A stretch of 64,000 bases of DNA from Paraphysomonas bandaiensis (GCA_965644295.1 CBFFRP010000380.1:257301-321300), one strand, 5' to 3'. Shown: positions 24,392 through 37,253, counted from the stretch's first letter. Translations and numbers: made by a program. The notes: generated from the letters alone by a model not told the origin.

Positions 24392-26429
24392 CTACACATT
24401 CTCTGAGTTAGCTTCTGGAATAACACTATCCCAAACATGTATTTTGTTACTATTTCTTTTAGGTGAAAGTGGCTGTGAGGGAGGTGGAGTATCGTTTCCA
24501 CTACTGTTGAGAATAGATAAAGCAGCGGGGGAAACGGACAACGGGATCACAGAGGCAGGACTGGGAGGATGGATCGATCTCGAACTCCCATCCGATAATA
24601 TCAGAGCATCCGAGACCGATTCCTCTACCCAGTACGTGGTCATAAGTCCCTTACCTTTGACAGATATCTCGCCACGACAACATAGCCGTATGTTATCGTA
24701 CATGGTTTCTACTATCTCTGGGGGACAACTATCATGGGGGTTCGCGACAGTCGAGATGGATGTTTGACTACGATAATCCGACACGATAGAATCTCCGTCA
24801 CTGTCTCTTTTAGGCGGCAGGAGCAACGTAGCAGTGTCAGAACTAATCTGGATACGCATAGGCTTGCTCGTGGACTCCATGCGGGAGGCCGTGTTCACTA
24901 CATCTCCAAAGAGACAATAGCGCGGCATCGCGCTTCCAACTATTCCTGCTACACACGGCCCACTGTGAACTCCAATCCGTGTGCGGATACCATCAGACCG
25001 ACCCACAGACAATAAATGTCGGTGGTGGAATCGGGACGCCTCAGCTATAACATCCATGGCGAAGTTAACGATCTTCGCAGCCGCTACAGAGGGATGCTCC
25101 ACCTCTGGACAACCCGCCACACACCTATATCACACAGAGGTTACCGTAGAAAGTGTAGGCAGTACAAAATTACATATACGCGTCCCCGATGGTCTCAACC
25201 TTGTACACGCCGTGCTTTATAGCGAGTTGATCATATATACTGTACAAGTCGTTGAGTAGTTCTACGATCTGAATAGGTTCCAGTTGGGATGCCATGGGAG
25301 TATAATCACAGATGTCACAGAAAAATATTGTTACCATATCAAACTTCTCAGAAAATATCTCACGTTTGTCTTTCGAGTAGTGCGCAATAGCCTTCGGTGG
25401 CAACATGGAGGCCAAGAGTCTTCTATTTTTCTCCTTGGCTCGAAGAAGAGAATACAGCATCCCAGCTAATGAGAGAGAGACAGCCGCGCAGGCAGCTAGA
25501 CATGGGTCTCGCCATATTGGCACCCACCCATCCCGTGGAGCTAGCTCGATTTTCCAATGAAGGTTATGAATCCGAACGTCTGTAGCGACGGAATCAGGGA
25601 TCGGCGCTTTACTGGTTTCGTATATGCAGTCCAACAGACCGAAAAGCATTTGAAAGCTAGGGTCGTTAGGCAAAATTTTGTCGGCAATGGAAGTTATCTT
25701 GAGGCTATAACCAGCGCTTTCCACAGACTCAATCGCTGGCAGATTACCTGATACAATTGTTGTGGCCTCCACAGCAGCACGTGAGAATCCGTAGAACTTC
25801 GTACCATCAGCTTCGTTGTAACAGAGTGTAGCAGTACAGTTGGAAGTCTCAATACCGCAACTTATACTGCTGTTGAAGGATTCTGCTTTTTTCCAGAGAG
25901 GTATAGCGGCGATTATTCCATACGAACTACCGTCACCAACAGGAAACGGCCCAAGCATAAACTCTTTGGACTGCAGTACTATTTCCATAAGTTCAGGATT
26001 ATACATGAAAATGTCGAATCCCTCGGGAAAAATTAGAAATCCATCACTCCAGTCAGGATTCGTAGGGTACGAGTAGTTAACTCGTCCAGCAAGATCGAAC
26101 GACAGCTGTTCTGTGAAATCGTTCCATTGTAAAATGTTTTCAGATACTATGTTGAATGATTTCGGTATATCAGGACAAGGTATAGCTATAAGATGTGCAC
26201 CTAACGCCAAAGCACCACGAGATATATCTGATATCTGCGTATGCAGTGCGGTGGCTAAATCTTGAGCCACTCCTTCCTTTGCATACTCTTTAGTATAATC
26301 AATCTCTGATTTGCTCAATATTAATACGATAACTACAGATGTTGCTGTTAATACAGTCCATAATAACCCACTTAACAATAATGATGATGAAAATTTTGGT
26401 GATAAATATTTAAAATGGTTTGATTTCAT
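24392..26429 (-). CDS. Receptor-type guanylate cyclase with CHASE-like extracellular domain (TM-CHASE-TM-class III cyclase), two exons
   Basis: Class III motifs [24 protein letters not shown] and [37 protein letters not shown] and C at the specificity positions indicate GTP. CHASE-like [22 protein letters not shown] and WKIELAP lie between two TMs. An intron at about 25173-25125 restores AYMCVAGCP. Confidence 0.9.
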
Positions 26430-27117
26430 TTGTTGACTATAGCCGCCTATCAGATATGAGATAGAGGAGATCACAGTGACTATGAATATCAATTGAATAC
26501 ATCATTCAATCTGTGGTTTCCTTTAATCTAACTATCTAACATGTATATATATGGGGCTCTAACTAGTGTGTTTAATAGTCATATGGAATAGTGTGTAGGT
26601 TTGTATAGTATATGTATGTACAGTAGAGTATGTATGGTAGATTTATATGGAAGTGGGTGGAGAGATGTACAAATTTCTGTTAGAGAGTTTTCCATTCCCA
26701 TCTTCTGGAGTCTACAGTATACGTTCCTCGTATGAGGGTGACCGGGGTGGTCAATCCCATCATCTACGTGTTTTTGTTTTTTGTCCAATCAGAATATTTC
26801 AAATTGTATATAGAAGATGGCTGACCGTGTGAGAGGGGAGTGGAATACTAGTAAAGGAAACGATAAGTAATACTGTAGACTACTGACACGTATAATGATC
26901 TGTTGAAAGAGAAGGCAGTGAGGTACACAGCAGTACACAGCAGCGTATAGAGAGAGAGTGAGAGTGCGAGTGTATGTATATATAGATGAGGAAACTGGTC
27001 GTTGTATCATTTGGTTGTGTTAATATGACTATAGGCTTGATACTTTAACTCCTTGTAAAGCGTATTGATATAGGGATATCTGCATTGAAGTTACAGGTTA
27101 GCATATAAGCCCCTCAT

Positions 27118-27717
27118 ATGATTATACACATCACAACACTGCTGGTGTCTGTATTCCTCTCTGCATCAGTGGGGAGCGACATATACATATCTGTACACTC
27201 AGAAGAGAAGTGTGATGATTCAAATCTTGCGTTTGCTGAAACTCAAGATAACAATACATGCTTTACGAAATCACTTGATGGCAACACACTCAGCATGAAG
27301 GTTGTGTGTAATGGAGCCAATGCATCCGATTCGTGGAATGCCAAAATATGGTATTCCAATAATTGTATGGGGTTGATGTTATTTGATAGTAGTTCGTCGG
27401 GACCGTGTCCATGCGTGGTGGACTATTATGCTGGATACACCGTTGGTATGATAGTGAATTGCGCTGGTGTTGAAACCACATGTGATTATCAAACTCAATC
27501 TGACGGAAAAAGTGGAAAAAATAATGGGAATGCCCTCACATATATGATTGTCGGAGTCGTTGTCGGTGTTGTTCTGTTTGTAGTTTTGGCCATTGCTTTA
27601 TATTTTTCCTGCAAGTCCACTGGAAAGAGTACTGGACCCACAGTGAAGAAAATTGTGGACCCTGCTTGTCAGCTTTCGTCTAATACTGCCCCGCATAATT
27701 TTAGCACTGATGCTTAA
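27118..27717 (+). CDS. Small single-pass type I membrane protein with Cys-rich ectodomain, unknown function
   Basis: 199-aa ORF with signal peptide, 8 extracellular Cys, TM MIVGVVVGVVLFVVLAIALYF and a short basic tail. Confidence 0.8.
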   Translation: MIIHITTLLVSVFLSASVGSDIYISVHSEEKCDDSNLAFAETQDNNTCFTKSLDGNTLSMKVVCNGANASDSWNAKIWYSNNCMGLMLFDSSSSGPCPCVVDYYAGYTVGMIVNCAGVETTCDYQTQSDGKSGKNNGNALTYMIVGVVVGVVLFVVLAIALYFSCKSTGKSTGPTVKKIVDPACQLSSNTAPHNFSTDA

Positions 27718-28081
27718 GGTCAATGCATTAAAAAAATAGGCAAATTAGATTATGCGTGTGTTAAGTTTAGTTTTATTTTTGTGAGCTTGCTGTTAGTACA
27801 GCTTTCTTAGTAGTCGGGTCATATCCTACAATACTGTCTCTGTTTTTTTTGTTCGTTATGTTTCTTATTTAATCCGACTAAACATAAAAGTTGTTTCTTT
27901 TAACTCTTGACAAGGGTTTCAAGAATATCACACTATTGAAAACACATGAGTCAGTAATTAAAACTATGACAGACATTTATCATCAATCAGTTAAACTTGC
28001 TACATATTCATTCATTATGTTTTGCTTTAGCTAATATAATTCGTAGCATTTCACAATCCAATAAAATAATGTATTTATCTA

Positions 28082-29230
28082 CCAGGCTTGCGAGGCAATT
28101 AATTGGTGACAGGTGTCCAACAATAATAATTGCGACTATTAAGCAAGCATCCAATTATTGGCAATAATTGCCAATTAATTTCCTTTAATTCTATTGATAG
28201 ATTTTGGAATAACTTTCTGAACTATAATCTCATCCCAAAGAAATAGTAATATTTTTACATTTCAAGGTGTCTAGGTTCTTTTCGCTTGCAAAAATTTAGT
28301 AATAACAATCTTAGCTCTGCTAAACAACCTATCACAAACATTGGTAGTGCTATACGAATACTTCATGCAACGATATCGTGTTGGAAGTTTGATGCGTGCT
28401 TTTTGGCGCTTTCGGTTGTCTTTAAGTAAACGAATGGCGTCGTCTTTTTTCCTTATCTCTCTTTTCAAGTTCACCTTCGTGTGCAGGTATATCATTTATC
28501 AAAAAGCGTCGCACCTGTGCTTTTTCAGCGCGGTTCAGTTCTTCTTCCCTACCGCGCTAAATTTTGACTACTGCTCTCTCGAAATCTGCATTCTGAACAA
28601 GTTCCGTGTCAGCACCCAGGTGAAATTTCATGCCAGGGTACTGACAAATTAAATCAGCAAATTTGTTCATTCGATGCCATTCTGTTGAATAAATAAGAAT
28701 GATCAGTATGGCTATCCAATGCATCTAGTCCATTTTATTGTTGTACACACATACAACGGATTCTCTGTATTAAGGTATTCTTGCACACACACATACTTCT
28801 CTTCCTCTGATAGTGGTACCTAACGGATACACTTATAACGTCATTTACACTATACTACTATAATTGAATATTTCGAAGTAGTTGAATATGCTGTCACATT
28901 ATAATATTGAAGTAGACGATCGTTATGGAAGTGCTCAGTGTGTTCTTTACCAACGATCTTTGACATGATCTCTTGCATGCTGAGGTTAAATAAACTAACC
29001 CTAATTACGATTAATAAAATGATAACGTAGCTGTGTACATGCATCCATACTACTATATGCTCACATGTAATGGGTGTGTACCTAAGATCAGTAGCTAGAT
29101 ATCGTAAGATGATATATATAATATTTAGCCAGCAAATTAATTGGCCACAATTACCAATAATAATAATTGAAATTATCACTATTAAAACCAATTAATTTAA
29201 TTGGCAATCCAATTCATTGGCAATACAGGC
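28082..29230 (-). mobile_element. Degenerate hAT-family transposon remnant
   Basis: Minus ORF 28271-28495 contains RYRCMKY..STTNVCDRLFSRAKIVIT, resembling the hAT C-terminal dimerization motif (TSN.CERLFS.A). Both ends carry clustered CAATT/AATTG subterminal repeats and imperfect CAGGCT/TAGCCT termini. TSD is not clean. Confidence 0.55.
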
Positions 29231-29539
29231 TATCTACTATTCGTGTATTCGTCACTATTGTTTATATTTCAAACTTACGCAAAGTTCAACACATGTTGAA
29301 CCCGTTGTATAAGCGCTACTTTAGTATTAACAAATCTTTGTCAAGGTCTGTTATGAGGGTTACATCATCTGTGAAGTAGTGGTTTCATGAATGTGCTTAC
29401 GAGTAATTCGTACATTCCTACACTGTAGTGATCTCCTCAGACTACAGACGCTTGGTGATATAATTCGATAAATATACATGCCGCATGTTATTATAGAAAC
29501 CAGTTAATAATACCATTATTATATTATCAATTCGACTTC

Positions 29540-29955
29540 CCAACAAATTCTGTGGTAATTATTCGTGCCCCTAACAAAGTCGGACTAGCATCTTTTCGTG
29601 GTGTTTTGGGGATAAGGGATTAGTGCGACCTGAACTGGGCCCACCTGAAGGGTAACTGGGGTATTGGGCTGCCTGCTGAATTCAAGCATCCGGGATGTTC
29701 ACTTAAAAAACTGAAAAATCCTGAAGCCAGCAGATGTGCAATGCTAAATTAGATCTGACTCTTAAACGCCTACTGCTAATAATAAAACAGTCAATTCCTA
29801 TTTCTTAATTCACTACACTTATATTAGTGTCCCTTACATTGCATTAGGCTATGAGTGGAAAGAACGTTATTTGCTGTCTATGTTTGCCGCTCACGTTAGT
29901 CCCCGAAGAAATATATCCGGTACTTATCCCCCAGAACACCATGAAAAGGGCATGT
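29540..29955. repeat. Modular dispersed repeat sharing rearranged segments with 49715-50295
   Basis: aacaaagtcggact..cttttcgtggtg..ggggataag, tgggcccacct..atccggg.tgttcac and aattagatc.gactctta..gccta.tgctaataataa occur in both. 29823-29950 is the reverse complement of about 49825-49960. Confidence 0.75.
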
Positions 29956-30231
29956 TGTACTGAGTTGGCGTGTAGTACTGTCAGTGGATGACAATACAAA
30001 ACATGCGAGCTCAAATCATAGTAGAAAATTAATTAGATAAAAATGAATGATGCACGCTGAAAGTTGTGACTGCTGGAGGTTAAGTAAATATATACGGCCA
30101 AGAATGAAGACGTGTTAGTAATTTTATGTGATAGCAATGAGCAAACTCTTACATGTGATCGTCACAACCCCCAAAAAATACTACACTAGAGTTGATGTTT
30201 AAATGAAACAACACACTAAAACAATATGATC

Positions 30232-32802
30232 TCAAAACTCCGATTTCCCGCCTCCTTTATCATCATCGCTTCTCGTCAAAGTAAATTTCTGCACAGCTGA
30301 GCCGGATTTCGCCTTGGGCTTTATAACAAATTGCATGAGGGTCTGCGCAACATCGAAAAACATTAAACAGCTATCAATGATCCCAAAAAGCTATTGTTGA
30401 TGTGTACGTTATTCAAGCATGCATCCGATATAAGAAGTGGTATACTCGTGCGAGCATCAGTGTTCATCAACATAAACAACGATTTTCATCCAACTTAAAT
30501 ATACCTGACCGTGTAACCTCGCACTAAACTTATGCCCCGCGAAAGTATTCATAGAAACAGGATGCCCAATCAAGAGGTCACCCATCGGCTGTAACACCAT
30601 GTGAATAGTTAGATACATCTAAACTGACTGATGCATGCGTCTGTACTACCTGATCGTTCCAATACAATTCTACAGGCCCTTCAACCTCATTATTTTCAAA
30701 TACAGCCGTCAATTGCTCCGGTTCAGCCACAGGTGGTGTCCATTGGCCATTTTTACGTCGTTCACGGAAGAGATATGGTTGCCTCGGGCCGTTCCATACC
30801 CAAAGGTTGGCTGCCCATTTTACTCCCTGTTGCGTTTACAATGATGAAGGCATTACGAAAAAAGTTGCGTATCCATATCTCTGTTATACCTGTAGCACAG
30901 GGCATCCCCCGTGCATGGATGACCTGTCAACCTCACCATCAGGATGTTGTGAATAGAATAGAAGTGCTTCGGCTTTTACAGGCCGCACTGCCATTTTACT
31001 CCTAAACACATGTCAAAGTGAGCTATGTCCTCCTTCCCGTCAATAATAAAATGGTTCTGACTCTCATTGCACACCGAGTCAACTAGAGTAATAAACGCAT
31101 CATGAAACTCAGAACGAGAAGGCTACCTGCAATTTCCCACCATACGCCTTTGCCAACTACATAGGTATATATGTAAGCAAGAAACTCATATAATCGTATA
31201 TTCAGTAAACAGCACTTTCAGCCTTTGCATACCTATTTTCTGGAAAAAGATGGGATATGTTGTGGCTTTCAAGATACTCAGTAGTATTTTCCCTAGCCTG
31301 TTAGAATACACTCTTCAATACGTCGGCGATGCATAACATGCATAGGTATAGGCCAAGGCAGATAGTAACACACCAAACTGATACAAAAAGGTACATATAT
31401 ACCAACCTGTTTCGTACTCATAGTAGCCCTTTCCACGTGTCCGGTACAATCTCTACTATTGATATTTGCACATTCTTTCTCCTTTCCTGCATCTCGTGCA
31501 TACCACTCTTTCGCTTCTGGAAAGAATGTCTCCCCACCGTCATCCACTCCTGTGAGGTACAAAAGAATAGTGGCAAAGCGATTTGTGCCTGTCCCTGCAC
31601 TATCCCAGTCATGGTCTATACTATCGGATTCAATATAGTCTGCATAAAATAATAATTACAAAAATATTTCAGAATTGCATTTAATGCTCATTGGAAATAA
31701 GCTGGAGTTGTACCTAAGTGGTTAATGTACGCGGTAGTCTGATTATATCGCAATATCTAAACGAAGAGATTTAGAGTTATTCTTAATCGGGAGATGTTGC
31801 TGTAAATGAAACGATACCTGCAAGCCATCTGCCCAGGTTTCCTCGTATGGGTGAATACCCAACAGATCAAAACAGCGCTTCTTCAGTCTCATCGCAACCT
31901 ACATAACCCGAACCAATAAGGTTATGAGATATCGTCGGTACAGTCTTCGACGTATTCATACAGAAGTATTAGCTAGCTATAGTGCAATAGTCCACATTCA
32001 GACAATTCTACTCCACCAATGCATGACCAGGATTACACATACCGGAGACGTGGTATCGAATGCATTCTCACTGGTTCGTTTGTCATCAATACTGTAACCG
32101 TTGGTGCCAGTCGATGACCGCTTTAGCCTATACTCTTCTTCCGTCAACTGCAGCGCATTTTCAATCAACTTATTCGACTCATCCTCAGTGAAGAAATTGT
32201 ATATTCGAAACACCCTCGGACTGGTACTGAGAGTTTCAAGAACGATTGGATCATAACCCCATGGTAGCTTCACAGTTGATGCCACGGCGCGGTGACCAAG
32301 TTCAAAGCTTGGCCATATAAAAACCCGACCTTCATCGACAAAAAACAGTCTTGTAGCATTCGTCAATCCAACACCACTCGTAATCTCTGCCCCTGTTTCA
32401 GTGAATATCTAAATAAAAAATCAACACATTCTTCTTTTCACCATACTGCAAACATACCTTTCCTGATCTACCAGCAAAAGATTCAACCTTACTTGCTATA
32501 ATTTGATCAATAGGCATTTCAGTGGATGATATATCAGCATAAGTTAATATGACATCTTCGCTATGATCAGTATCTCCATTTTCATGCACAAACACCTATA
32601 GAACAATCTTCAATCCATCAAACCATTAAATTTAATCTATTACCAATATACTCTCTTTGTTAGTTGGATTTATAATGGAGTTACCCCATTCATGAACCCA
32701 ATTCATAACAATACTCATACCAGATGAGAAGTTCATGCCCATACTATGTATAGGCAATAGTATCAGTATACATGAAACGAAAGTAATGATATAAAATCTC
32801 AT
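30232..32802 (-). CDS. Prolyl 4-hydroxylase alpha-like 2OG-Fe(II) dioxygenase, multi-exon, secretory
   Basis: Signal peptide MRFYIITFVSCILILL. Motifs LETLSTSPRVFRIYNFFTEDE, RTSENAFD, GLQ/ILRYN, HLDY, TNRFATILLYLTGVDDGGETFFP, MHGGCPV and AANLWVWN occur across GT-AG-spliced exons. The protein ends ...GGKSEF*. Confidence 0.88.
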
Positions 32803-33345
32803 TAAATAAAATATTTGATTACTACTATACTATTATAACATATGAATATACTTTAAACAGAAGAGTATGGTGAATGTTCAATCTATCAGCTTATGTGTGG
32901 ATCAATCCATACATAACATGAACTCGAAGTAATATTGTAGTTGAAACTTGAATCTCATGTAATATTTCTATAGTTTCGGTCTGGAATATCAGGATATTAG
33001 TTTATGGTGGATGAAAAAATGGTGTGTAGTGAGTATATTTTGGTGCTCACTACACTCGAAAATCCAGTATTCTTGGATACAAGGACACCCTAAAACCAAT
33101 GATTTTCGTCCTATAGTCCATGTCGTTTTGTACGATTTTTTGCTGATATATGGTATAAAAAATCTGGTTTTAAACCATTCTAAAAAAACAGGGTTGAAGA
33201 AATTCTGACTCTTGAGGTCCAGTCATTCGTGTATTTTCATGTACCACATGCCATCTTTATTGAGCGATAGTGATGACTGATTCATTGCACTATTACAACA
33301 CACTTGTTCGCTTGTTCTAATTGGGGGAGGGAAGATATTGTTGCC

Positions 33346-34893
33346 ATGAATCACTTTCTTTGGCTTGCATTCATTTATTTGGTCAGTGGTTATATCACTG
33401 CCGAAGAAAGTGAACATGGTGATCATTTATGGGAATATGCTGGCATATTTCATATTGAGCACCCGGAGTTAAAACACAGCTGGTCGTTTGAAAAAATAGA
33501 TAAAACATATGCTGGTGTTGATGGAATGCATTTAGTTGTAGTTCAAACTACAGGTGCAAATGAAGAAGCATTGGAAGCTGTTGAAGAGGATGTGGAGCAT
33601 CTCTTTGAGGAGGACAATGCTGTGGAGGTAACTGACGATACATTGATTGGAACGGACAGTTTGTATGAAATAACTTTCAATCAAGACTCGTGGTTGACTC
33701 AAGCAGTGTTCGAGTTTGCTACTGAGGGGTATTATGCTATATTCTATGAACATCATCCGGATGAGTTTTGCAGTGAAGAGGATCACTGCTTTAAAAGTTC
33801 TGATGGTGAAAATATTGAAGCAGAATTTGTTGAGGGGGAAGGGCATGAAGAAGATGACAACTCAAAATATTGGGGGAAAACATTGGGAGCTTGTGCGATT
33901 ATATGGTGCTGTGTGTTTACTGGCGTGATTTTGTTGGGTGGAGGCTCCAGTAAAATCGATCCTGAAATTATGGGTGAGCGAGTTGAATACATTAATATGT
34001 TTGCATCAGGGGCACTTCTTGGCACCGCTGTTTGTCTAATATTGGTGGAGGCTTCTCATCTAATTGGTGCACGATACAGTGAAACAACCACTTCTGGAAT
34101 ATGGGGCACAATGATATTACTAGGATTTATATCATGTGCTGTCATAGATTTGCTGAGATCTTGTGTCATGCACATCGTTCATTGGAGGATATCCGCATGT
34201 GGTGCGCTAAAACTTAAGGGATATTGTTCGCCAAATAAGACTGTTGACTCTTCTGTTGAAGCCAATTGCGCTCCCGATAGTCTGCCTGGAAATGCAATTG
34301 CTTTGACTGGTGGTGAAGTTGAATTAGGTGCTTCAGAATCGGAACCTAAGACAGTCGCGGTAACGAAGGAGGTAACGAAGGAGGGTTTACTTATTGACTA
34401 TGAAGTAGCTTCAGCAGTCTTCATAGGTGACTTTTTCCATAATTTTTCTGATGGAATATTTATTGGAGCGGCTTTCCAGTCGTGCTCCAGCAGCGCTGCC
34501 TATGCTGTTGTGGCGTCCACAGTATTTCACGAATTGGCTCAGGAGATCGCTGATTTCATCGTGTTGACAACAAAAGGGAAACTCAAGCCTACCCAGGCAT
34601 TACTCGTAAACGCTGTCAGCGGATTATCTGTGATATTTGGAGGTGTTGCTGTCAGTGTACGTGACATGAACGACTCGACCGTTGGTATGTTGCTTGCATT
34701 TGGTGCTGGGACTTATCTATATCTCGCTGCCAGCGAGCTCTATCCTGTGGTAAATACATTTTCTAACAAGAAACATAAACTTCTGGGTCTACTTTTATTT
34801 GCCCTAGGAGCTATGGCCGTGGGATTGGTTTTATTGAAACACGAACATTGCGAAGGCGAGGAAGAAGGCCAAGGTGGAGGCCACGATCATTAG
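33346..34893 (+). CDS. ZIP (SLC39) family zinc/metal transporter with long acidic His-containing N-terminal ectodomain
   Basis: Signal peptide, then FASGALLG, GDFFHNFSDGIFIG, HELAQEIADF and GAGTYLYLAASEL, with a His-rich C-terminus. Intronless. Confidence 0.93.
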   Translation: MNHFLWLAFIYLVSGYITAEESEHGDHLWEYAGIFHIEHPELKHSWSFEKIDKTYAGVDGMHLVVVQTTGANEEALEAVEEDVEHLFEEDNAVEVTDDTLIGTDSLYEITFNQDSWLTQAVFEFATEGYYAIFYEHHPDEFCSEEDHCFKSSDGENIEAEFVEGEGHEEDDNSKYWGKTLGACAIIWCCVFTGVILLGGGSSKIDPEIMGERVEYINMFASGALLGTAVCLILVEASHLIGARYSETTTSGIWGTMILLGFISCAVIDLLRSCVMHIVHWRISACGALKLKGYCSPNKTVDSSVEANCAPDSLPGNAIALTGGEVELGASESEPKTVAVTKEVTKEGLLIDYEVASAVFIGDFFHNFSDGIFIGAAFQSCSSSAAYAVVASTVFHELAQEIADFIVLTTKGKLKPTQALLVNAVSGLSVIFGGVAVSVRDMNDSTVGMLLAFGAGTYLYLAASELYPVVNTFSNKKHKLLGLLLFALGAMAVGLVLLKHEHCEGEEEGQGGGHDH

Positions 34894-35293
34894 ATCATTT
34901 AAGCATGCATTACTTTTGAAAGTATTCAGCACTTTTTGATTATCGATACATTGAGCTTAGAAATATACAGCAATAAAATAGATTATCGAAATAATTTGCT
35001 GATTAAACATTTTCTTGATAATAAAGGGAATTCTCACTGCTAACTGGTCTGTTAGAATTGGACTTTTCACTGATGTTAACCTTGCTTGAACACAATGCAC
35101 TTTCAAGTAAAAAGTTATAATATTAATCTAAACACTTCACTACATATTCATGTAACATCTGTTCTCAGTACACTGGTATTGGCTGTAATTAAGCGTATAC
35201 TGTAACTGGTGTATTGAGCTTGTGTCGGAATACCTATGGTTCTCTAAGATAGTACTGTAGAATACGTTAAATACAATGTGAAAAACAGTAATT

Positions 35294-36626
35294 GGTTTTA
35301 ACCACACTCAAAAACCACACTCACCATCACAGCACAAAAAGCACAAAAAACACTGTTGTTATGTACGGAAAAAACATAACAGTCAATTCGGACTCAACTC
35401 AAATGAAGTATGTGAATTCATATGACAGCAGCGGACAACACTCCCAGTGACCCAATCACAGGGCAAAATGATGTGCAGGTAACTTCATTATATTCGACTC
35501 ATTCTTATACTTAAAGATGTCTTCAAAGAGGAGCAGATCCAATACAAAAGAGCGCACAGAGAATGCTGCACGACAAGCCAAAATTAGGGCTGAGTCGAAG
35601 AAGCTTCAAAAGCAGTGGAAGCGGGTTAATTTGAGACACGAAACGTTTCATTTGCCAGATTCAGACCTTCTCAGTCAATACCCAACGTTAAAGCTGCGAA
35701 GGCTAACGCTCCTGAGCATATTTCTTTAGTTTGTTACACCTGTACTTGTCACGATAATTGCCCGAGATATAGATCCTGAGCACCTCGTTTTCAACAAAGG
35801 AAACTCTGTGCTGTTCACTGTGAGTAAGATATAAAAAGATGTGTGCTATTTGGATTCGTATTTATGGCGAACAGTTCGTTTACCGGAGTCCAGAAGAAGG
35901 TCCGTCCACTGTGTTCAGGACTGAAATAATACCGAAAAGAGTTCAGAAGAAATTATCCTACGATTTCGTCGTTGGGCATACGATTTGCCGAAACATTCAC
36001 TGCCAACTTTACGTTTGACAAGCTCTACTCTGAAGATGTCTCCTTAAAGTTTAAGAGATTTCTTAGAGCGATTATTAATCCGAAGCAATTTCCTGCGTTG
36101 ACACGACTGGTGCAGCACGGAGTAGATATATGTGGGGAAAATAGAATGGGTATAGAACAAAAGAAAGAAGCAAATAGTTGTGCACGCTCACAGAAGAAAG
36201 ATGGGAAGCAACACACAGTAGTAAGTAATGCGTACACGAGGCGGACAACCAAGGCCTCGATATCATATATGTATTCCTGTGCGTGATGACTATTACAAGC
36301 TGTTTTATGCCTATGACAAATACAACAAGCAAATCAAACAGAGGGTATGACCACGCAGGGATGGTGGCAATGGGCGTTTGGGTGAGGCGGGAAAGCATAA
36401 TTCGTTTATGTTTGGTTGTATAATAGAAAACACTGTCGATTCCGAAGATATTTGAGTACTTTGGTTATTGTCAAACTCTAGCAAACGATTTGTATGTGTA
36501 TGCAAGCACACTCTCTGATAGTACTATTTAGTAGAGTAATACAATGAATTTAATTGATTTGGACGTAAATATATTACTTCTTATAAGTGTGGTTACTGAC
36601 TGTGGTTAATGAGTGTGGTTAAGACC
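35294..36626 (+). mobile_element. Non-autonomous TIR DNA transposon, probably piggyBac-derived
   Basis: TTAA-CCACACTCA (35298-35310) ... TGAGTGTGG-TTAA (36610-36622) with subterminal AACCACAC repeats. Internal broken, spliced coding fragments resemble a piggyBac-like DDE C-terminus (KQHTVVSNAY, DYYKLFYAYDKYNK, FMFGCIIEN). Confidence 0.65.
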
Positions 36627-37253
36627 AAATACGTAGTCAATAGTCAAAGGTGCTATATAGCTATAACTGTGAAACTGAAGTATTATATCATGACGATTCA
36701 AGATACGGAAGTTGAGCAGTGGTTGACATGAACGAAATAATTTATCATGTTGTTGACATGTGTTACATGACAACACACACAATTGTGTATACAATTATAA
36801 TAAAGTAATCTATCTAGTTTGACTAACTTAAACTTCTCTTACAACGATCTTAATCATCTGAAAATGGTCAATTATCAATAACTTGTACAATTTGATTTAT
36901 CAGGAATGGGTTTAGAACAAGCATTTCTAGTAAAAGCTATACATTATGAAATTATGCATAACTTGTTATACCATCACGTTGAATTCTTATAATGACTTAA
37001 ATAGTTTTAAATAATATACTAAATGTAAACATCATTGCACCAAGCAGTCGAAAGAAATTCCGTAGTCTAACATATTATTACAACTCTACAATCACTACAT
37101 AACGACAGAGTACATACTACAACAACTCATTGCATGACTAAAAAAGTTCAAACACAGTTCACAAAGCATATGCCCATGAGCTTTTATTCGAAACATATCG
37201 TCAGTATATAAAAAAAGCGAATTGGAACTTATCGATGCCCATTGAAGTATAAA

